Shown here one piece after another: positions 9,584 through 18,087 of a stretch of 32,000 nucleotides of DNA. The stretch is from sequence record CAXNAE020000001.1; one strand, written 5' to 3'. A model generated the notes under the pieces. The model worked only from the letters and a program-made list of their open reading frames with translations. It was not told where the DNA came from and made no database searches. Made by a program: the position numbers and the translations under genes. Position 1 is the stretch's first letter, and the number at the start of each line of letters is the position of its first letter.

Positions 9584-11392
9584 TTAATTTAGTAACAAAT
9601 TATTTATTTTTTCATTAAAAATAATACGACCTGGAGTAGTGCGAATATATTGTACTATTAATTTATTATTCGCATTTTCTTTTCGTTGTAAATTATCATA
9701 AATGTGCAATTTATAGTTATTTTTTAAATAAATAGTTTTATAAAAATGTAAATTGGTATTTAATTCTATATCGTTAGGACAACGAACCCATATTGAAGAA
9801 TGTAGATTCAATTTTGATTGTTGATATGCTGAAATTACTTCTTGAAAATTTGAAAAATAATTATTTGAACCTTTTAAATTTGTTCTATTTTGCGTAGTTA
9901 AATAATAAAAACCTAAAACCATATCTTGGGTAGGTTGAATAATAGGTTGACCTGTTGCAGCTGATAAAAAATTATTGGGAGCTAATAAACATAATTTTGT
10001 TTCAATTTGAGATTCAAAAGATAATGGAATATGGATTGCCATTTGATCTCCATCAAAATCAGCATTAAACGCAGGACAAACTAATGGATGTAATTGTATA
10101 GCACGACCTCGAATTAAAACAGCATCAAACGCTTGTACTCCTAAACGATGTAAAGTTGGTGCTCGATTTAATAAAATGGGGTGTTGTTTTAAAATTTCTT
10201 CCAGTAAAAGCCATATGAATGCTTTATTTCCATAAATAATTTTTTTGGCTTTTTTTATTGTGCCTGCTAAACCTTGTGAAATTAATTTATACATTAAAAA
10301 AGGTAAAAATAATTCAATCGCCATTTCATAAGGTAAACCACACTGATTTAATTCTAATTTAGGACCAACAACAATAACTGAACGACCGGAATAATCTACT
10401 CGTTTTCCTAATAAATTTTGTCGAAATCGTCCTTGTTTTCCTTCAATAATACTTGCTAATGATTTTAAAGGTCTTTTATGAGTATCCAATGTTTTAGAAC
10501 CACGTTTTCCATTATCAATTAATGTATCTACAGCTTCTTGAATCATTCTTTTTTCTGTAAAACTAACAATATGTGGAGCACATATAGATAACATTCTCGC
10601 AAACCTTTTATTTCGAATAATAATTCGTCGATAAAGTTCATTTAAATCTGAAACAGCAAACCTACCATTGTCTAATTGAACCATTGGTCTTAAACCTGGA
10701 GGTAATACAGGAAGAAAATTTAAAATCATCCATTCAGGTTGTGTATTTGTGATTAAAAAATTTTCAAGAACTCGAATTCTTTTACTAATATCTTTAATTT
10801 TTTTTTTAGATTTTAAAATTAACATCTCAGTACGACTTTTTTCAATTTCTACTTTTAAATTGATATCTTTCAATTTTTTATATAATAATTCAACTCCTTG
10901 AAGTTTTCTATTTAACCTAATATTATCTTTATTAAAAAACATGCTCTGAAATATAGAAGGATTATTTGAGATATTTTTACCATAAATTAGTTCTTCTAAT
11001 TCTCGAACAGACGTATCTAAAATTGTTGCTAAAAAACTTGGAAAACCTTTTAAATACCAAATATGAACAACGGGAGTTAATAATTTAATATATCCCATTC
11101 GATGTCTTCTTACTCTAGAATCAGTTACTTCAACTCCACAATTTTCACAAATTAAATTATATTGACCTCTTTGTTTATATTTTCCACAACTACATTCCCA
11201 ACTTTTAATAGGACCAAAAATTCTTTCACAAAATAAGCCACCTTTTTCAGGTTTAAAAGTTCGATAATTAATTGTTTCAGATTCATAAACTTCACCAACA
11301 GTTTCTTCATTTGGTAATTTTCGTTCTCCCCATTTTTTTATTTGTGCAGGTGAAACTAAATTAATTTTAACGTATTCAAATTGTTCTTTCAT
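9584..11392 (-). CDS. rpoC1: RNA polymerase beta' subunit (gamma-like N-terminal half)
   Basis: 602 aa. It has zinc-finger cysteines (CSCGKY...CENCGVE), the catalytic NADFDGDQM motif and the RAPTLHRLG block. Confidence 0.97.
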   Translation of the reverse strand: MKEQFEYVKINLVSPAQIKKWGERKLPNEETVGEVYESETINYRTFKPEKGGLFCERIFGPIKSWECSCGKYKQRGQYNLICENCGVEVTDSRVRRHRMGYIKLLTPVVHIWYLKGFPSFLATILDTSVRELEELIYGKNISNNPSIFQSMFFNKDNIRLNRKLQGVELLYKKLKDINLKVEIEKSRTEMLILKSKKKIKDISKRIRVLENFLITNTQPEWMILNFLPVLPPGLRPMVQLDNGRFAVSDLNELYRRIIIRNKRFARMLSICAPHIVSFTEKRMIQEAVDTLIDNGKRGSKTLDTHKRPLKSLASIIEGKQGRFRQNLLGKRVDYSGRSVIVVGPKLELNQCGLPYEMAIELFLPFLMYKLISQGLAGTIKKAKKIIYGNKAFIWLLLEEILKQHPILLNRAPTLHRLGVQAFDAVLIRGRAIQLHPLVCPAFNADFDGDQMAIHIPLSFESQIETKLCLLAPNNFLSAATGQPIIQPTQDMVLGFYYLTTQNRTNLKGSNNYFSNFQEVISAYQQSKLNLHSSIWVRCPNDIELNTNLHFYKTIYLKNNYKLHIYDNLQRKENANNKLIVQYIRTTPGRIIFNEKINNLLLN

Positions 11393-11410
11393 ATATCATA
11401 TATATATTTT

Positions 11411-14400
11411 TTAAAAATCTGATTGATGAATATTTAATAAATTAACTTTACTAAGAACAATTTCGCCAGTTTTTGTTCGTTCAAGTTTATGTGTAGTTAT
11501 ATCTAAACCAAGAGCTTGTAATTCACTAAGTAAAACTCTAAAAGATTCTGGAATACCTGGTTTCGGAATTGAGTGACCATTAACAATAGCATTAAATACT
11601 TCATTACGACCATCAATATCATCGGATTTTAGCGTTAATAATTCCTGTAATGTATATGCAACACCAAATGCTTCCAGAGCCCAAACTTCCATTTCACCAA
11701 AACGTTGTCCACCATTTTGTGATTTACCGCCTAAGGGTTGTTGTGTCACTAAGGAATAAGGTCCTGTTGACCGAGCATGCATTTTTTTATCTACTAAATG
11801 AATAAGTTTTAAAATATAAGGTTTACCTACTAATATTGAATTATCAAACATTTCGCCAGTTTTACCATTAGTTAATAACATTTTGCCAGGATATGATTTA
11901 TTAAACAACCAAGGTTTATGTGTTTGATCTGCTGCTTCTTTTAATTTTTTATAAATTAAAATTCTTGACGCTTCTTCTTTATACATTTCATCGAAGGGTA
12001 AGATTTTAAATCGACGATTTAAATGATCACCCGCAAGACCTAACAAACATTCAAAAATTTGACCTACATTCATTCTTGAAGGAACTCCTAAAGGATTTAA
12101 AATAATATCTATTATAGTTCCATCTGGCATAAAAGGCATATCTTGTACTGGTAGTATTTTGGAAATTACACCTTTATTTCCATGACGACCCGCTATTTTA
12201 TCACCAACTTTAATTTTTTTTAATTCTGCAATAAAAATACAAATAGATTCATAAACATCTTGATTTAATTCATCTCCTTGTTGTTGCGAAAAAATTTGTA
12301 TATCAATAACACGACCCGATATACCATTTGGAACACGTAAAGACGTGTCATTAACATCTGAAACTTTTATATTAAAAACAGCTTTTAATAATCTACTTTC
12401 AGGTATTTCGTCCGATTCAGCTTTCGGTGTAATTTTTCCTACTAAAATATCGCCTGATTCAACAAAAGCACCTTTATAAATTAAACCATCTGCATCTAAA
12501 TGACGTATTGAATATTCACTTACATTCGGAATTTCTCTTGTCATTTCTTCCATACCAACATTGGTTTCTTTTATTTCAATTTCATATTTTTCTATATGAA
12601 TAGATGTAAGAAGATCTTGATGAATTAGTTTTTCACTAACTAAGATAGCATCTTCATAATTATAACCTTCCCAGGGCATATAAGCAACATTTAAATTTTG
12701 CCCTAAAGCAAGTTCTCCTCCATCTGTACCCGGTCCATCTGCTAAGATTTGACCTAATTTGACAAATTCACCTGGCCAAACATTTGGTCTATGATTAATT
12801 CCAGTTTCTTGATTTGATCGACGATATTTATCAAGAAAATATATTTTAGAATCTGTTTTATTTGTATTATTATTAAAAATAATAATACGATCTGCAGAAA
12901 CAGAATCTACTATACCTTCGGATAAATTTATTACAACAACTTGTGAATCATTAGCAATTTGAAATTCTATTCCAGTACCAATAATAGGTTTTTGTGGATA
13001 TAATAAAGGAACTGCTTGCCGTTGCATATTTGAACCCATTAAGGCTCGGTTCGCATCATCATGTTCTAAAAACGGTATTAATGCTGCTCCTGTAGAAATA
13101 ATTTGAATTGGGGATATCGCAATTAAATCTACTTCAAATTTACTTACATTAATAAATTCTTCTTGATAACGAACAGGAATTAAATTATTACTTAAATAAG
13201 TATCATTATCTAATGAAACATCTGCATTAGCAATTTTATAAAATTTTTCATTTTCTGCTGTTAAATATATAGGAGGTAAAGATTTAAATACTTTACCTTT
13301 AAAAACTCTAAAAAACGGAGTTTGAATAAATCCATGTTTATTGATTGTCGCATAAATTGCTAAAGATGAAATTAAGCCTGCTTTTTGACCTTCTGGAGTT
13401 TCAATCGGACATAATCGTCCATATTGTGTTGGGTGAATATCTCTTGCAGCAAAACTAACATGTTCACTATTTAATCCTCCAGGACCTAAAGAACTTATTC
13501 TACGTTTATGAGTTAATTGTGCTAAAGCATTTGTTTCATCAAAATATTGTGACAAAGGACTTAATCCAAAAAATTCTCGCATTACTGCTGTTAAAATTTT
13601 TGGATTAATAAAATAACTAGGTTGAAAATTTGAGTCGTTATTAAAGTTTTCAGGAATTAAAGAAATTTCTGATTTATTTGATTCTAAATTTTTAACCGGA
13701 TCCATAATATCAAATGTTATATCATCGATACAAATTGTTTTTTTCTCTAATAAATTATTATTCTCTAATAAATCATCATCATTGAATAAATTATCATCAC
13801 TATCATCAAATAAATCATTATCCTCGAATAACCCACGATTCTGTATTAAATCATTCTCCTCTAATAATTTTGTATTTGATTTTTTAATAGATTTTTTACC
13901 TTTAAATGTTTGATTTTTAAATTTTTCATCTGTAGAGATCTTTTTTTTTAATCGATTTAAAGCAATTCTTACTTGAATTTGTAAAAGTTCTCCAACAGAA
14001 CGAACACGTCGATTTTCCAAATTATCTATATCATCTAATTGCTTAACTTGTAAACGAATATCAATTAAATAATCAAGAATCTTTAATATATCTAAAGATG
14101 TTAATATTCTGATAGATAAAGGTAAATTAATACCTAATTTTTTATTAATTTTTACTCGACCAACTTCACCTAAATCATAATAATGTCGATCTAGTAATTT
14201 AGCTTGAATTAATTCTTTAACTTTCAAAATAATTAAAAGAAGATAATTATTTAAACCTGCAATATTTGAAGTTTCAGACATTTTATCATAAATTAGTAAT
14301 ATTACAGATTTCATACTCTTTAAAAGAAAATGATAATTTTTTAATGTTTCAGAAATTTCATTTTCTTCTAAACCAAAACCAATTAAGAACCAATTTATCG

Positions 14401-14959
14401 GAATCTTATATTCTTTATCAATTTTAATCCAAATAAAATTATGTGATTCAATTTGTTCTAATTCAAAAGTTAACCAAGATCCATAATTGGTAATAATGGT
14501 AGCATCATATAAATTTTTTTTTAATTTATTAATTTGACGAAAATAAACTCCAGGACTTCTAACTAATTGATTAATTATAACTCTTTCACAACCATTAAAA
14601 ATAAAAGTACCTTTATTTGTCATTAAGGGAATTTCACCTAAAAAAACTTGTTCTTTTTCTGGACATTCATAGATTAATGTTGAATATTGTCTTTCAGGAT
14701 CATAAATCTTTAATGACATTAAAACATAAACTTTAAGATTATAATTACCCTTTTTTTTTAAGGCTTGGAATATAGTAAAATTAGGATATTTAATTTTATA
14801 TTCTTGACCATAAATTGTTATTTGAATACCAGTTTTTAAATTTATAATAGAAGAATAATTTGTCATTTCTTGGGGTAAACCATCGGTTAAAAACCAACAA
14901 AAACTAATTCTTTGAACTTCTGATAAATTAGGAAGAGTAATAGGAAATTTGTGTTTCAT
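11411..14959 (-). CDS. rpoB: RNA polymerase beta subunit
   Basis: 1182 aa. Conserved blocks are LTHKRRISSLGPGGL, GRHGNKGVISKI, PSRMNVGQ and GGQRFGEMEVWALEAFG. It contains an extra acidic repeat segment at aa 341-448 (see findings). Confidence 0.97.
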   Translation of the reverse strand: MKHKFPITLPNLSEVQRISFCWFLTDGLPQEMTNYSSIINLKTGIQITIYGQEYKIKYPNFTIFQALKKKGNYNLKVYVLMSLKIYDPERQYSTLIYECPEKEQVFLGEIPLMTNKGTFIFNGCERVIINQLVRSPGVYFRQINKLKKNLYDATIITNYGSWLTFELEQIESHNFIWIKIDKEYKIPINWFLIGFGLEENEISETLKNYHFLLKSMKSVILLIYDKMSETSNIAGLNNYLLLIILKVKELIQAKLLDRHYYDLGEVGRVKINKKLGINLPLSIRILTSLDILKILDYLIDIRLQVKQLDDIDNLENRRVRSVGELLQIQVRIALNRLKKKISTDEKFKNQTFKGKKSIKKSNTKLLEENDLIQNRGLFEDNDLFDDSDDNLFNDDDLLENNNLLEKKTICIDDITFDIMDPVKNLESNKSEISLIPENFNNDSNFQPSYFINPKILTAVMREFFGLSPLSQYFDETNALAQLTHKRRISSLGPGGLNSEHVSFAARDIHPTQYGRLCPIETPEGQKAGLISSLAIYATINKHGFIQTPFFRVFKGKVFKSLPPIYLTAENEKFYKIANADVSLDNDTYLSNNLIPVRYQEEFINVSKFEVDLIAISPIQIISTGAALIPFLEHDDANRALMGSNMQRQAVPLLYPQKPIIGTGIEFQIANDSQVVVINLSEGIVDSVSADRIIIFNNNTNKTDSKIYFLDKYRRSNQETGINHRPNVWPGEFVKLGQILADGPGTDGGELALGQNLNVAYMPWEGYNYEDAILVSEKLIHQDLLTSIHIEKYEIEIKETNVGMEEMTREIPNVSEYSIRHLDADGLIYKGAFVESGDILVGKITPKAESDEIPESRLLKAVFNIKVSDVNDTSLRVPNGISGRVIDIQIFSQQQGDELNQDVYESICIFIAELKKIKVGDKIAGRHGNKGVISKILPVQDMPFMPDGTIIDIILNPLGVPSRMNVGQIFECLLGLAGDHLNRRFKILPFDEMYKEEASRILIYKKLKEAADQTHKPWLFNKSYPGKMLLTNGKTGEMFDNSILVGKPYILKLIHLVDKKMHARSTGPYSLVTQQPLGGKSQNGGQRFGEMEVWALEAFGVAYTLQELLTLKSDDIDGRNEVFNAIVNGHSIPKPGIPESFRVLLSELQALGLDITTHKLERTKTGEIVLSKVNLLNIHQSDF

Positions 14960-15014
14960 AGTTTCGAAGGTATTTTTATGTTACATTATATAGAACTTAG
15001 AATAATTCAAGATT

Positions 15015-15308
15015 TTATGAAATCAATTTTAATGAATAGAATTTTTTAAATAAACGGGATTTTCTTCGTGAGGCCGTATTTTTATGCAATACATTATTTT
15101 TAGTTGCTTTATCAATTTTACTAAAAATTAAATTTAAATTATTTTTAACTAATATCAAATTTAAAGATGTAGATTCATTTTTATAATTTTCTATAGAATT
15201 AAAATATTTTTTAGTTAAGGTTTTAATTATAGACTTATATGAACTATTTCTTATACGATTTCTTTCATTTATTTTAATACGTTTTTTAGCAGACTTATTA
15301 TTTGCCAT
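15015..15308 (-). CDS. rps20: Ribosomal protein S20
   Basis: A 97-aa basic protein starting MANNKSAKKRIKINERNRIRNSSYKS, the typical S20 N-terminus. It lies upstream of rpoB, as in red-type plastids. Confidence 0.88.
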   Translation of the reverse strand: MANNKSAKKRIKINERNRIRNSSYKSIIKTLTKKYFNSIENYKNESTSLNLILVKNNLNLIFSKIDKATKNNVLHKNTASRRKSRLFKKFYSLKLIS

Positions 15309-15410
15309 TTTTATTTGTCCTATTTTTATTTAAATTTTAAAATTTAATAACCTAATAAATATTATTTTAAATAACGAATAATTGCAAGTATTAAGAAATT
15401 AGTGATTATA

Positions 15411-15498
15411 GGAGAAAGTGGGATTCGAACCCACGGAACGTATAAACGTTCATTTGATTTCAAATCAAACGCAATAAACCAAACTCTGCCAAATCTCC
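15411..15498 (-). tRNA. trnS: tRNA-Ser (anticodon UGA), class II with long variable arm
   Basis: The reverse complement is GGAGATTTGGCAGAGTTTGGTTTATTGCGTTTGATTTGAAATCAAATGAACGTTTATACGTTCCGTGGGTTCGAATCCCACTTTCTCC. The anticodon arm is perfect (TTTGA/TCAAA) with loop TTTGAAA, and the T arm is GTGGG-TTCGAAT-CCCAC. The acceptor stem has U6:U67 and U7:U66 mismatches. Folded by eye. Confidence 0.85.
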
Positions 15499-15533
15499 AA
15501 ACATAATTTGTTATGTTTCAACAAATTATGTTT
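15499..15533 (-). terminator. 3' stem-loop downstream of psaD, abutting the trnS(UGA) 5' end
   Basis: 15499..15511 (aaacataatttgt) is the perfect reverse complement of 15521..15533 (acaaattatgttt). The stem is 13 bp with a 9-nt loop and is A/T-rich. Confidence 0.4.
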
Positions 15534-15548
15534 TTAAAAATAAAATTA

Positions 15549-15968
15549 TTACGCATTAAAAGTAGATTCACCAGTAAATTTTAATGTTGAAGGATTTGGA
15601 TTTTTACCTATTGAAAAATCACGGCTTCCAACAGCAATTCGACCAGGATTTACTGTTTCTGGGAAAACTCCATCTTTTGGATGTAAAAATTGTACTTCAC
15701 CACCCGGAAAGATTCTATAAATTCGATATTGTTTTATTTTTAGTTTTTTTAATTGAGAACCTAAAGCTAAACATTGTTCTTTACGTGCAAGATATAATAA
15801 ATTCTCTCCGACTAACATAACAGCAGCCCCCGCAGTAGGCATTTCAAAAACTTGTTCTTTAGGAGCATTCCAAGTAATTGCATATTTTTCTTCTACTTCT
15901 GCTGCACGTAACCAACCTCCAGTACTACCACCAAAAATAGGGGTATATTGTTTAGGATAAACTGTCAT
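15549..15968 (-). CDS. psaD: Photosystem I subunit II (PsaD)
   Basis: 139 aa. The sequence [18 protein letters not shown]...[25 protein letters not shown] is strongly PsaD-like. Confidence 0.95.
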   Translation of the reverse strand: MTVYPKQYTPIFGGSTGGWLRAAEVEEKYAITWNAPKEQVFEMPTAGAAVMLVGENLLYLARKEQCLALGSQLKKLKIKQYRIYRIFPGGEVQFLHPKDGVFPETVNPGRIAVGSRDFSIGKNPNPSTLKFTGESTFNA

Positions 15969-16016
15969 TAGTCGAAAAAAAAAAATAAATAAAAAATTTA
16001 ATAAATTTATATATTA

Positions 16017-16090
16017 TAGCGGAGACTGGATTTGAACCGGCGACCTTCGGGTTATGAGCCCAACGAGCTACCTAACTGCTCTACTCCGCA
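16017..16090 (-). tRNA. trnfM: Initiator tRNA-fMet (anticodon CAU)
   Basis: The reverse complement is TGCGGAGTAGAGCAGTTAGGTAGCTCGTTGGGCTCATAACCCGAAGGTCGCCGGTTCAAATCCAGTCTCCGCTA. It has GGG/CCC in the anticodon stem and an unpaired 1:72 position, both initiator signatures. Confidence 0.85.
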
Positions 16091-16102
16091 TAATCTATTT
16101 AT

Positions 16103-16132
16103 ATTATAATTCAAACAAATAAAAAGTGTCAA
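16103..16132 (-). promoter_or_regulatory. Candidate sigma70-type (PEP) promoter for trnfM
   Basis: On the minus strand, TTGACA (16132..16127), an 18-nt spacer, then TATAAT (16108..16103). The -10 box ends 12 nt before the mature tRNA 5' end. A G/C-containing TTGACA is conspicuous in an almost pure A/T spacer. Confidence 0.4.
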
Positions 16133-16182
16133 GTTGAATTTATTTATATATTCAATTATTTAAAATACTAAAATTAAAATTT

Positions 16183-16256
16183 TCGGGACGGCAGGATTTG
16201 AACCTGCGACACCCTGCTCCCAAAGCAGATGCGCTACCAAACTGCGCTACGTCCCG
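16183..16256 (-). tRNA. trnP: tRNA-Pro (anticodon UGG)
   Basis: The reverse complement is CGGGACGTAGCGCAGTTTGGTAGCGCATCTGCTTTGGGAGCAGGGTGTCGCAGGTTCAAATCCTGCCGTCCCGA. The acceptor and T stems are perfect. Confidence 0.9.
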
Positions 16257-16267
16257 ATACCAATAAT

Positions 16268-16319
16268 ATAATATCTATTTTTAAACAATTTTGTCAAATT
16301 ATTTAAAAATAGATATTAT
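16268..16319 (-). terminator. 3' stem-loop downstream of chlB
   Basis: 16268..16285 (ataatatctatttttaaa) is the perfect reverse complement of 16302..16319. The stem is 18 bp with a 16-nt loop, and it begins 10 nt after the chlB stop. The loop holds a TTGACA on the minus strand (16297..16292). An 18-nt spacer then leads to TATTAT (16273..16268), a candidate trnP promoter. Confidence 0.5.
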
Positions 16320-16329
16320 GTTAATAAAA

Positions 16330-17853
16330 TTATTTAACAGCTTCTTTCGCTGCATACATTACTTCTAGAGTAATAAGGTTAATATTTTGTTGTTGAGCAA
16401 ATTTTTCAGTATTTCGTTTAATTTTTCCTCTAACGAATCCAGGTATTTTTGTTAATTCAGATTGAGCCTCTAAACTCCATTTTAATTCTACTGTTGTAGA
16501 CAAACTACCAGTAATAAAATCTTTTGTATCATGACCACCAAAAATTTCTAATAAATGATCTTCCATACCTAAAGTGAAAGAGTTATAAATTAAATCAGCA
16601 ATTTGATTTGCTCCTTCATAACCAAGAAATGGTCTATAACTTAGAGGAAAATTTTGAATATGCACAGGAGCCGAAATAACACCACAAGGTATATTTAATC
16701 TTTTACCTACATGTCTTTCCATTTGAGTTCCAAAAATAACTGACGGTTCAACTTTAGCTATCAGATCTCCAATTAAATTATGATCATCAGTAATAACAAT
16801 TTCATCACATAAATCTTCAACTTCTTTTTCAAACCAAGATTTATCATATTTACAATAAGTACCAGCCCAAACAACTTGAATACCCATTTCTTTTGTTAAA
16901 ATTTTAGTCATTGCTGCGGCATGAGTAGAATCGCCAAAAACAACTGCTTTTTTTCCTGTTAAATTTTGACAATCAATTGATCTTGAAAACCAAGCAGATT
17001 GAGATATAAAACGAGTCTGTATATCAATATATTTTTCAAAATTTACATTTAAATTATTTTGATTTAAAATTAATTGCATTTTTCTTATACAACGTGCTGT
17101 TTCAACAATACCCATAGGTGTAATATCAATAAAAGGCATGTCAAATTCAGTTTTTAAATATTGAGCAGATAACAAACCAATTTCGCGATAAGGAATTAAA
17201 TTAAACCAGGCTTTTGGTAAGTTTTTTAATTCATGTACTGATGAATTTTCAGGAATAATAGCATTAATTTTAATTTTTAAATCTGATAATAATCTTTTTA
17301 TTTCTGCAATATCATGTTGATTATGAAATGCTAAATTAAATGAACCAATAATATTCACTGAAGGTTCTTTAGTTTTATCCAAATCTAAATTATTACTTTT
17401 TTTAGCTTTTTTAATATAAAATTGAATAATTTGTTCTAATGTTCGATCTGCTGCTTGCATTTCATTAACACGATAATGATTTACATCGGCTAATAAGACA
17501 TCGGCTTTTGTTTCAAAAGAAGCTCGATTAACAAAATTTTGTAAATCTTCTTGTAATATACTTGATGTACATGTTGGTGTTAAAACAACTAAATCAGGTT
17601 GTTCTTCTTTGTCTTTTCTATTAATATTATTAACAACTTTTTCTTGGGATCCTCTAGCTAAAACATGTCGATCTACCACGCTAGCTGTTACTGGAGTGAA
17701 ATCTCTTTTTCTTTCAAGCATTGATCGCATTACGTTAAAATAATCATCACCTAAAGGGGCGTGCATAATAGCATGTACATTTTTAAATGAACTTGCAATT
17801 CTAAGTGTACCAATATGTGCCGGACCCGCATACATCCAATAAGCTAATTTCAT
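16330..17853 (-). CDS. chlB: Light-independent protochlorophyllide reductase (DPOR) subunit B
   Basis: 507 aa. The N-terminus [48 protein letters not shown] is typical ChlB. GGAG lies 11 nt upstream of the ATG. Confidence 0.96.
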   Translation of the reverse strand: MKLAYWMYAGPAHIGTLRIASSFKNVHAIMHAPLGDDYFNVMRSMLERKRDFTPVTASVVDRHVLARGSQEKVVNNINRKDKEEQPDLVVLTPTCTSSILQEDLQNFVNRASFETKADVLLADVNHYRVNEMQAADRTLEQIIQFYIKKAKKSNNLDLDKTKEPSVNIIGSFNLAFHNQHDIAEIKRLLSDLKIKINAIIPENSSVHELKNLPKAWFNLIPYREIGLLSAQYLKTEFDMPFIDITPMGIVETARCIRKMQLILNQNNLNVNFEKYIDIQTRFISQSAWFSRSIDCQNLTGKKAVVFGDSTHAAAMTKILTKEMGIQVVWAGTYCKYDKSWFEKEVEDLCDEIVITDDHNLIGDLIAKVEPSVIFGTQMERHVGKRLNIPCGVISAPVHIQNFPLSYRPFLGYEGANQIADLIYNSFTLGMEDHLLEIFGGHDTKDFITGSLSTTVELKWSLEAQSELTKIPGFVRGKIKRNTEKFAQQQNINLITLEVMYAAKEAVK

Positions 17854-17882
17854 TATTATTTAACTCCATTATTAATATTTTT

Positions 17883-17988
17883 GTAATACTATTATAATCT
17901 ATTTTTTTGTAATTTTTACTTTTAATTAAGTAATATTAATTTAATTATTAATAAAAAATTGCAAAAAAATAGATTGTGATAGTATAAT
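17883..17988. repeat. Imperfect 30-nt inverted repeat (25/30) spanning the chlB-trnY divergent spacer
   Basis: The reverse complement of 17883..17912 is TTACAAAAAAATAGATTATAATAGTATTAC. The segment 17959..17988 is TTGCAAAAAAATAGATTGTGATAGTATAAT. The arms are 46 nt apart. Confidence 0.85.
17959..17988 (+). promoter_or_regulatory. Candidate sigma70-type (PEP) promoter for trnY
   Basis: TTGCAA (17959..17964), an 18-nt spacer, then TATAAT (17983..17988). The -10 box ends 9 nt before the tRNA 5' end. Confidence 0.45.
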
Positions 17989-17997
17989 TAATCAAAA

Positions 17998-18078
17998 GGG
18001 TCGATGCCCGAGTGGTTAAAGGGGGCGGATTGTAAATCCGCTGGTTTTCCTACGTTGGTTCAAATCCAACTCGGCCTA
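17998..18078 (+). tRNA. trnY: tRNA-Tyr (anticodon GUA), long variable arm
   Basis: The sequence is GGGTCGATGCCCGAGTGGTTAAAGGGGGCGGATTGTAAATCCGCTGGTTTTCCTACGTTGGTTCAAATCCAACTCGGCCTA. The anticodon arm is perfect (GCGGA/TCCGC) with loop TTGTAAA. Confidence 0.9.
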
Positions 18079-18087
18079 ATTTAATAA

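Noticed and set aside
13616-13939. The idea that the extra rpoB segment is an intron or intein
   Set aside because: It is far too short for a group I or II intron and lacks their structured G/C-containing cores. It has no intein splice-junction residues or endonuclease motifs. It is in frame and repeat-like, so an expansion segment is the simpler reading.
15584-15820. Plus-strand 78-aa ORF
   Set aside because: It lies antisense within psaD and has no conserved features.
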